A stretch of 64,000 bases of DNA from Chloroflexota bacterium (GTDB taxonomy: Bacteria; Chloroflexota; Dehalococcoidia; UBA2979). Shown here one piece after another: positions 57,152 through 64,000 of the stretch. The notes under the pieces are model-generated. The model saw only the letters and a list, made by a program, of their open reading frames with translations, was not told where the DNA came from and made no database searches. Position numbers and translations under genes: made by a program. Positions within the stretch are counted from its first letter, which is position 1. Every line of letters begins with the position of its first letter. Location: assembly GCA_016875635.1 (NCBI GenBank), contig VGPD01000005.1, forward strand, positions 5,862 to 69,861, written 5' to 3'.

Positions 57152-58408
57152 ATGACCTCCCGATTGCTGGATGGCCTCCGTGCCGTTGAATTATGCGAGG
57201 TCTGGGCAGGCCCGATGGCAGGATCGCTGCTCGGGGACCTCGGCGCGGATGTCGTGAAGGTGGAGTCGTTCCCGCGGAACTCGATGACCCGTCCGCTGGT
57301 AAGCCCCCTCCCTGGCCCGGGGGAAGGCCCCGTGTGGGAACGCAGTCACATCCACCATCTGGCCAACCGGAACAAGCGCAACATCGCGCTCAACATCCGC
57401 TCGGAGGCCGGCGCTGCAGTCTTCCGCGACCTGTTGGCCTCCGCCGACATCTTCTTCGAAGGCTATTCGGCTGGCACAGTCGACCGCATGGGGTTCGACT
57501 GGGAGACCGCGCATGCGATCAACCCACGGCTGATCTACGCCTCCATGCCCGGCTGGGGAGCGCAAGGCCCCTACCAGGGATATGTGACGCTCGGCTCCGG
57601 CCTCGACGCCGCTGGCGGCCACACAATCGTACGGGGCTACCCGGACCGACCGGTCGAGGACACATCGCCGATCTACCACTCGGACGCCACAGGCGCCCTC
57701 GCGTTGATCTTCGCGGTCATGACCGCGCTCCATCGCCGGGAGCAGACTGGCATGGGTTCGTACATCGATATCTCACAGATCGAAGTGCTCAACTGGCATC
57801 TGCCGGCGCAGGTCGCCGAGTGGACGATGAACCAGCGGCTTCCGGTGCGCCTCGGCAATAGCGACACGCTCATCGTCCCCCATGGCTGCTTCAGGGCAGG
57901 CGGTGGCGAGGCCGGCGAGGATGACTCATGGGTCGTCGTCGCTGCTGAGACGGACACGCAATGGGCCGGGCTGGCCGAGGCGATGGGCCACGCGGACTGG
58001 GCCGGGCGCGGGCACCCCTGGGCTACGATCCCGGGACGTCTCGCCGCACGCGACGAGGTACATAACGCGGTGCGACGCTTCGTCGGCGGGGATACCGCGG
58101 AACACATTGCGGAGACGATCCGGCGCCATGGGGCAATCGCATCGCCGGTCGTCGCACCCTGGTCGATCCTGGCTGACCCTCAGCACACCCACCGCGAGTG
58201 GCTACAGTCCGTGGACCACCCGTATGCAGGCACGCACCTGTTCCCTGGCTTCCTGTGGCGTGTCAGCCCCGATGCACCCTCATGGGATCGCCCGGCCGCC
58301 CTGGTGGGCGAACACAATCACGAGGTGCTCGGCAGCCTCGGCTACTCGCCGCAGGCGATCGCCCAACTCCAGGCGGACGGGGTGATCGGCGACCGCTACG
58401 GTGGATGA
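57152..58408 (+). CDS. Family III (CaiB/BaiF) CoA-transferase
   Basis: WAGP...DLGADVVKVE, NRNKRNI, IYHSDATG (catalytic Asp). Confidence 0.9.
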   Translation: MTSRLLDGLRAVELCEVWAGPMAGSLLGDLGADVVKVESFPRNSMTRPLVSPLPGPGEGPVWERSHIHHLANRNKRNIALNIRSEAGAAVFRDLLASADIFFEGYSAGTVDRMGFDWETAHAINPRLIYASMPGWGAQGPYQGYVTLGSGLDAAGGHTIVRGYPDRPVEDTSPIYHSDATGALALIFAVMTALHRREQTGMGSYIDISQIEVLNWHLPAQVAEWTMNQRLPVRLGNSDTLIVPHGCFRAGGGEAGEDDSWVVVAAETDTQWAGLAEAMGHADWAGRGHPWATIPGRLAARDEVHNAVRRFVGGDTAEHIAETIRRHGAIASPVVAPWSILADPQHTHREWLQSVDHPYAGTHLFPGFLWRVSPDAPSWDRPAALVGEHNHEVLGSLGYSPQAIAQLQADGVIGDRYGG

Positions 58409-58532
58409 GACGCTGGCGCCCAGGCAGCGGGCTTCCGAACTTGACCGGATGTCGAAATACTACTCGTCATAACTCATCTGTTGCCCCGGTGATCGAACAC
58501 TCGCGCATGAGCACGCGAGGTGGCATCATCCC

Positions 58533-58620
58533 GCGCAGGTTAGTGCGCAGAGGGGCCCGCCCCCGACTTCACGCCTCGTGAGGGTCGAGGACGGTGTGGC
58601 GCTTGCAGGTGGGGCCTCCT
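58533..58620 (+). promoter_or_regulatory. Structured 5' leader of hppA, candidate riboswitch
   Basis: GCGCA-GGTTAG-TGCGC hairpin, then a GGGGCCC...CAGGTG-GGGCCTC stem enclosing an inner hairpin, about 40 nt before the ATG. Confidence 0.35.
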
Positions 58621-58660
58621 CCCCGCCTTCCTCTTCGTGCGAGTGGAAAAGCGAGGAACC

Positions 58661-60934
58661 ATGGATCTCATTGTTCTGGTACCGGTGGCCGGCGTCGCAG
58701 CCGTGCTCTTCGCGCTCTGGTTAGCGCGCGATGTGCTCTCTCGCGACACCGGGACGCCTGAAATGCAGCAGGTCGCCGGCCTGATCTTCGAGGGCGCCAT
58801 GGCGTTCCTGAAGCGCCAGTACGGCACCATTGCCATCATGACCGCGGTCATTGCCGCGGTACTGATGGGTGTCGTCACGCTGGTCTCCGACGGTGTCAAG
58901 GAGATCAAGCTCGACGGGACGACGATCGTCTACGGCGAAGTCGTGATGTCCTCGACGAAGGAGGGGATGCTGACGGGCATCGCCTTCATCGTCGGCGCGC
59001 TCTGCTCGGGCGTGTCGGGCTACATCGGCATGTACATCGCCGTGCGCTCCAACCTGCGGACGGCAGCCGCCGCCCGCAACAGCCTGAAGGACGCCATCAC
59101 CGTCGCGCTGCGCGGCGGCGCCGTCTCCGGCTTCCTGGTCGTGGCCCTGAGCCTCATCGGTGTCTCGACGATGTGGGTGGTCTACACCCGCGTCCTGGGT
59201 TACCCCGAGGCGATCACGCCGTTCCTGCTGGTCGGCTTCGGCTTCGGCGCCTCGTTCGTCGCGCTGTTCGCACAGATCGGCGGCGGCATCTACACGAAGG
59301 CTGCTGACGTCGGTGCTGACCTCGTCGGCAAGGTCGAGGCCGGTATCCCGGAGGACGACCCGCGTAACGCGGCCGTTGTCGCGGACCTCGTCGGTGACAA
59401 CGTCGGCGACTGCGCCGGCCGTGGTGCCGACCTGTTCGAGTCCATGTCCGCCGAGAACATCGGCGCGATGATCCTCGGCGTGGCCATCTACACGGTCACG
59501 CAGGACCTGAACTGGATCCTGTTCCCGCTGGTCCTCCGCTCGTTCGGCGTCTTCGCGACGATCATCGGCATGATGGTCGTGCCGATGTTCTCCGAGAACG
59601 CGGAGAAGGACCCGATGCGCCCCCTGAACATGGGGTACTACGTGGTCTCGGCCCTTTCGATCGTGGGCCTCTACATCGCGACCAGCCAGATGCTGGGCGA
59701 CTCGTGGATGTGGTTCTTCTGGTGCGGCGTCACAGGGATCGCCTGTGGGTTCGCCTTCGTCTACATCACCCAGTACTACACGGCCGGCGCCTGGCGTCCG
59801 GTCAAGGAGATCGCCGAGGCCAGCAAGACGGGCCCGGCGACGAACATCATCATCGGCACCTCGGTCGGCCTCGAAACGTTCGCACCATCCGCGGTGGCGA
59901 TCGTGTTAGCCCTCGTCGTCTCGTACACGCTGGGTTCACACGCCGACATCGCGAACGTCCCGGCGTTCACGACCGGCATCTTCGGCACGGCTGTCGCCAC
60001 CATGGGCATGCTGATGTCCGCCGCGTACATCCTGTCCATGGACACGTTCGGCCCGATCACGGACAACGCTGGCGGTATCGCGGAGTTCTCCGGCGCTCCC
60101 GCCAGCGCCCGTCACATCACGGACGCCCTGGACACCGTGGGCAACACCACCAAGGCCCTCACCAAGGGGTACGCGGTGGCGTCCGCCGGCCTCGCGGCCT
60201 TCCTGCTGTTCTCCGCATACCTGGACAAGGTGAAGGAGCGGCTGGACATCCCGCTGGTCACGGAACTTCCGATCGACCTCGCGAGCATCGACGTCTTCGC
60301 AGGCGGCGTGCTGGGTGTGACGCTGGTGTTCCTCTTCTCCGCCCTCACGATCCGCGCCGTCGGTTCTGCCGCGTCGTCAATCATCGATGAGGTCCGGCGC
60401 CAGTTCCGGGAGCACCCCGGCATCATGACCGGCACGGAGCGTCCGGACTACGCGCGCGCCGTGGACATCACGGCGCGGGCGGCCCTTCGCCAGATGGTGG
60501 CGCCGGGCATCCTGGTGGTGGGTGCCCCGATCGTGGTGGGCCTCATCTTCCGCTACCTGCGGGACGCGACGGCGACGATTTACGGTCACGACGCAAAGGG
60601 CGTCCTGACCGTGATGGAGTACCCGCACTCCTCCGGTTGGCTTGCGGTCTCCGGCATGTTGATCATCGGCACCATCGGCGGCATCGCCATGGCGACGTTC
60701 TTCAACAACTCCGGCGGTGCGTGGGACAACGCAAAGAAGTACATCGAGTCCGGCGACATGAAGGACGAGAACGGCGAAGTCGTCAAGAAGGGCTCCGCGA
60801 TCCACGCGGCGGCCGTCGTTGGTGACACCGTCGGTGACCCGTTCAAGGACACCGCCGGCCCGTCGCTTCACGTCCTCGTGAAGCTGCTGGCCACGGTGAC
60901 GCTGGTGCTCGCGCCACTCTTCATCGCCTCGTAA
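58661..60934 (+). CDS. hppA: Membrane-bound pyrophosphatase, K+-independent H+-pumping type
   Basis: GGGIYTKAADVGADLVGKVE, DNVGDCAG, GPITDNAGG, GNTTK (Lys marks K+ independence), GDTVGDPFKDT. Confidence 0.95.
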   Translation: MDLIVLVPVAGVAAVLFALWLARDVLSRDTGTPEMQQVAGLIFEGAMAFLKRQYGTIAIMTAVIAAVLMGVVTLVSDGVKEIKLDGTTIVYGEVVMSSTKEGMLTGIAFIVGALCSGVSGYIGMYIAVRSNLRTAAAARNSLKDAITVALRGGAVSGFLVVALSLIGVSTMWVVYTRVLGYPEAITPFLLVGFGFGASFVALFAQIGGGIYTKAADVGADLVGKVEAGIPEDDPRNAAVVADLVGDNVGDCAGRGADLFESMSAENIGAMILGVAIYTVTQDLNWILFPLVLRSFGVFATIIGMMVVPMFSENAEKDPMRPLNMGYYVVSALSIVGLYIATSQMLGDSWMWFFWCGVTGIACGFAFVYITQYYTAGAWRPVKEIAEASKTGPATNIIIGTSVGLETFAPSAVAIVLALVVSYTLGSHADIANVPAFTTGIFGTAVATMGMLMSAAYILSMDTFGPITDNAGGIAEFSGAPASARHITDALDTVGNTTKALTKGYAVASAGLAAFLLFSAYLDKVKERLDIPLVTELPIDLASIDVFAGGVLGVTLVFLFSALTIRAVGSAASSIIDEVRRQFREHPGIMTGTERPDYARAVDITARAALRQMVAPGILVVGAPIVVGLIFRYLRDATATIYGHDAKGVLTVMEYPHSSGWLAVSGMLIIGTIGGIAMATFFNNSGGAWDNAKKYIESGDMKDENGEVVKKGSAIHAAAVVGDTVGDPFKDTAGPSLHVLVKLLATVTLVLAPLFIAS

Positions 60935-60964
60935 GGGTCGATGTGAGGCCGTGAGGCCGAAGGC

Positions 60965-61007
60965 ACACTAAGAAGGGGAGCGGCTTGGCCGCTCCCCTTC
61001 TTAGTGT
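60965..61007. terminator. Perfect 20-bp hairpin between convergent genes
   Basis: acactaagaaggggagcggc-ttg-gccgctccccttcttagtgt. Confidence 0.8.
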
Positions 61008-61022
61008 CCAGACGGAGGAACG

Positions 61023-61577
61023 CTAGCGGCGCAGCGCGGCCTTCAACTCATCGATCACGCACGCCACGCTCGGCAGATCACCCGCGACCGCGCTGCGGTA
61101 GGCGAAGGGCATGTCGCCACCGGGCAGCACGATGAACACGCCGCCGAGTTGAGCCAGGTCGCCCTGCGGCCAGCCCGGCCAGTGACCGCGAAGCGCCACC
61201 CTGAGTCCGTTCCAGTACAACCGAGGGTTGAGCAACGCGGCCCAGGTGGGGCGCTTCGCACCGAAGGCGCGGTACACATCGCGCATGGGGTCGGTGAACA
61301 GCGGCGTGGTGACGTGGTAGTCCTCGGCGAAGAACCCCGCCATCGGGGGACTCCCGCTCCCGACGATGACCAGTTCGGCCCCCGCCTCGTGGATGGCGGG
61401 CACGGCGGGGACCAGTTGCGACACCTGATCCTTGCAGAACTGACAGCCGAAGTGCCGGATCAGCGCGAGCACCACCGGCCGCTCCGACCAGGCATCACCC
61501 AGCCGCACCCGATCACCTACCGGGGTCAACACAGGAAGCGGCGCCGCGGTCGATGAGACATTCTCCATAACACCCAT
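61023..61577 (-). CDS. Peroxiredoxin-like (PRXL2/AhpC-TSA_2) protein, Cys form
   Basis: IRHFGCQFC, FTDP...YRAFG, QGDLAQLGGVF. Confidence 0.85.
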   Translation of the reverse strand: MGVMENVSSTAAPLPVLTPVGDRVRLGDAWSERPVVLALIRHFGCQFCKDQVSQLVPAVPAIHEAGAELVIVGSGSPPMAGFFAEDYHVTTPLFTDPMRDVYRAFGAKRPTWAALLNPRLYWNGLRVALRGHWPGWPQGDLAQLGGVFIVLPGGDMPFAYRSAVAGDLPSVACVIDELKAALRR

Positions 61578-61714
61578 GCTACCAGGCCGCCGCCGCGGAT
61601 CGCAGCACCCGTTGCGGATGACGGTCGTGGTATCGTCCCGCCCGGCGGCGCGGCATGGTTTGCGCGGGCACGCCGAACAGCGAGGATGTCTCGCGCCGCG
61701 GAGGAGGGACAGCC

Positions 61715-62920
61715 GTGACGCAGATGCTCGAAGGCATCCGTGTGCTCGAATTCGCGACCAACGTCGCCGGACCGTTCGCGGGGAAACTGCTCGCGGACTA
61801 CGGCGCGGAGGTCCTGAAGGTCGAGCCCCTCACCGGGGATCCGTCGCGCCAGACGGGCCCCTTCCCGGATGACATCCCCCACCCGGAGAAGTCCGGACTG
61901 TTCCTGCACCTCAACACGAACAAGCAGTCGATGACCCTCAACCTCGAGGCCGAGGAGGGTCGGGTGATCGCCCGCCGCCTGATCGGCCACGCGGACGTGG
62001 TGATCGACGACTTTCGTCCGGGCCTGCTCGACGACTACGAGATGCACTACGAGGCGATGTCCGCGGGACATCCGGACCTGATCATGGCCTCGATCACGCC
62101 GTTTGGACAGAGCGGCCCCTGGCGCGACTACGCGGGTAGCGAGATCACCCTTCAGGCGATGGGTGGGCCGCTGCACGGCAATGGGGCGCCGAACCGGGAG
62201 CCGGCGAAACTCGGTGGCAACACGGCGCATTACCATGCGGGTCTGGCGACCTCGCTGGCCATCTTGCTGGCGCGCTTCCGCGTGGAGGCGGGCGGCGCGG
62301 GCGACTGGATCGACCAGTCCGTGTACGAGGCCCAGGCGGGCTTCCGAGACCGCCGCACCATCTCACTCACCGCCGCCGCATACAGCGGCCTCTCCAACAC
62401 GCGCCAGCCGCCTGGCGGACGAGCCGCGATGGGCGTCCGCCCAGCGATCGACGGCTATGTGAACATCTTCGCCGGAGGGACCAAACATTTCGACGGGTTC
62501 CTCGACGAGATCGGCCGGCCCGACCTGAAGGAGCACCCGGATTTCGGCAAGCAGGTGCATGAGTACTCGGCCGAGTACCAACAGGAAATAGAGGGCTCCT
62601 ACCTCGCGTGGCTCTTCGCGACACCGAAACTGGAAGCCATCGCGCGCACGCAGCGGCATGGCATCCTGGGCGGCGCGATCATGTCCACCGAGGACCTCGT
62701 GAACGACCCGCACTATCGGGGCCGCGGGGTGTGGGAGACGATCGACCACCCGATCGCGGGCCCGCTCGAATACCCCGGACGCCAGTTGATCCTCTCCGAC
62801 AGCCCGAAAGCACCCGCCCGCCCAGCGCCGCCCCTGGGCGCACATACCGTCGACGTCCTCACTCAACTCGGGTACGACCGCGCGGCGCTGCCCCGGCTGC
62901 GCGCGCAGGGCGTGATCTAG
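61715..62920 (+). CDS. Family III CoA-transferase, catalytic Asp apparently replaced
   Basis: GGAGG then GTG; AGPFAGKLLADYGAEVLKVEP, NTNKQS; NTAHYHAG at the Asp position. Confidence 0.9.
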   Translation: MTQMLEGIRVLEFATNVAGPFAGKLLADYGAEVLKVEPLTGDPSRQTGPFPDDIPHPEKSGLFLHLNTNKQSMTLNLEAEEGRVIARRLIGHADVVIDDFRPGLLDDYEMHYEAMSAGHPDLIMASITPFGQSGPWRDYAGSEITLQAMGGPLHGNGAPNREPAKLGGNTAHYHAGLATSLAILLARFRVEAGGAGDWIDQSVYEAQAGFRDRRTISLTAAAYSGLSNTRQPPGGRAAMGVRPAIDGYVNIFAGGTKHFDGFLDEIGRPDLKEHPDFGKQVHEYSAEYQQEIEGSYLAWLFATPKLEAIARTQRHGILGGAIMSTEDLVNDPHYRGRGVWETIDHPIAGPLEYPGRQLILSDSPKAPARPAPPLGAHTVDVLTQLGYDRAALPRLRAQGVI

Positions 62921-62929
62921 GAGGCTCGC

Positions 62930-64000
62930 ATGACATCGGACGCACGACCCGAGCGAGACGCCGCGCACCGCCTGCCGTTGGAGGGCATTCGAGTCGCGGA
63001 CATCACCGTGGTGTGGGCGGGCCCTCACGTCACGCAGCTCCTCGGAGAGTGGGGGGCGGACATCGTCCGCGTGGAGCCGGTGACGACGATCCAACCGTAC
63101 TCGCGCGGCGCCGAGCGCATCAGTACTGAGGCCCAGTACCGCTACATGGGCTCCACCGGCGTGACGATGGGGATCCCGCCCGATTTCGACCCCGGCAAGG
63201 ACCCGTGGAATCGCTCGCCCGCGTTCAACTCGCACGCCCGCAACAAACGTTCGATGGCCTGCGACATCCGTCTCCCTGAAGGCCGCGAGGCGTTCTTCCG
63301 GCTCATCGAGCAGTGCGATGTGATCGTCGAGAACAACGTCCCGGAGACGATCGAGCGCGCCAAGATCACCTACGAGATCCTGCGCGAGGTGAACCCGCGG
63401 CTGATCATGCTGCGGATGCCCGCGTACGGCCTCAGTGGTCCTTACAAGAACTACCGAGGGTTCGGCACACACGTCGAGGGGATGATCGGCCACCACCTCA
63501 TCCGCACATACGACGACGGCACCCCGGACGAGACAGGCGACGCCTACACGGCCGACGCGATCGCCGGCGTGATGGGCGCGTGGGCGGTGACCGCCGCGCT
63601 GCGCCACCGCGCACGCACGGGCCACGGGCAACAGATCGAGATGCCGCTGGCCGAGTCGTTCCTGCCGGTCATAGGTGAATACATCATGGACTACACGATG
63701 AACCGCCGCGCCACAGGCCAGCAGGGGAACCGCCATCCCGCGCGCGCACCGCACGGCATCTACCCCACCACGGGCGCCGACCAGTGGATCGCCATCGACG
63801 TCGCCAGCGACGAGGAATTCGGCGCGCTCTGCGGCGTCCTCGGCGCGCACGCGCTGGCCACGGACGAGCGGTTCCGCACGGCGGGTGGCCGGGTCGAGCA
63901 GCGGACGGCGCTGGACGCAGCGCTGGGCGAGGTGACGCGAGGCTTCGACAAGGAAGAACTCTTCCACGCGCTCCAGGCGGTCGGCGTGGTCGCCGGGCCC
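62930..64000 (+). CDS. Family III CoA-transferase, truncated by the window end (absent from the ORF track)
   Basis: GGAGG then ATG; LEGIRVADITVVWAGPHVTQLLGEWGADIVRVEP, ARNKRS, AYTADAIAG (Asp). Confidence 0.9.
   Translation, partial: MTSDARPERDAAHRLPLEGIRVADITVVWAGPHVTQLLGEWGADIVRVEPVTTIQPYSRGAERISTEAQYRYMGSTGVTMGIPPDFDPGKDPWNRSPAFNSHARNKRSMACDIRLPEGREAFFRLIEQCDVIVENNVPETIERAKITYEILREVNPRLIMLRMPAYGLSGPYKNYRGFGTHVEGMIGHHLIRTYDDGTPDETGDAYTADAIAGVMGAWAVTAALRHRARTGHGQQIEMPLAESFLPVIGEYIMDYTMNRRATGQQGNRHPARAPHGIYPTTGADQWIAIDVASDEEFGALCGVLGAHALATDERFRTAGGRVEQRTALDAALGEVTRGFDKEELFHALQAVGVVAGP

Noticed and set aside
55698-58440. Genomic island at tRNA-Arg(CCT), given that trmD-rplS do not follow rimM
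   Set aside because: No integrase and no repeat of the tRNA 3' end were found; simple rearrangement is sufficient.
61023-61577. PRXL2/SelU-like protein as a selenoprotein
   Set aside because: The motif is TGT-CAG-TTC-TGC (CxxC), the Cys form.

Overview
High-GC bacterial chromosome segment. The gene content (paralogous MFS permeases, family III CoA-transferases, SDRs, crotonase, hotdog thioesterases, TrpB2, GSII) suggests Chloroflexota, probably Dehalococcoidia; this is an inference. The right part is mostly housekeeping: acnA, five tRNAs, uvrC-xerD-eno-gap-ffh-rpsP-khpA-rimM and hppA. The left part is metabolic and accessory. The strongest hidden signal is two ORF pairs that join across an in-frame TGA in a U-x-x-C context, each followed by a SECIS-like hairpin. 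(1) A UGSC-type protein whose Sec region aligns by eye to glycine/proline reductase selenoprotein B sits in a tight operon with an Rdx (SelW-like) protein and a conserved uncharacterised partner, a candidate undescribed Se-dependent reductase module. (2) A lipoprotein thioredoxin (WUPFC) lies between two copies of the 3' end of an SDR gene. Other observations: an orphan eCIS-cargo-like protein with an HHSS...SGHY domain, a CheW-like N-terminus fused to an unrelated frameshifted ORF, premature stops in phoX and an MFS gene, a split metH, an AT-richer HEPN-like insert, a missed 49-aa HTH ORF, tRNA-Arg(GCG) and a structured hppA leader. No CRISPR array, rRNA, transposase or Sec machinery gene is visible. 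All family calls come from motif recognition, not database searches.
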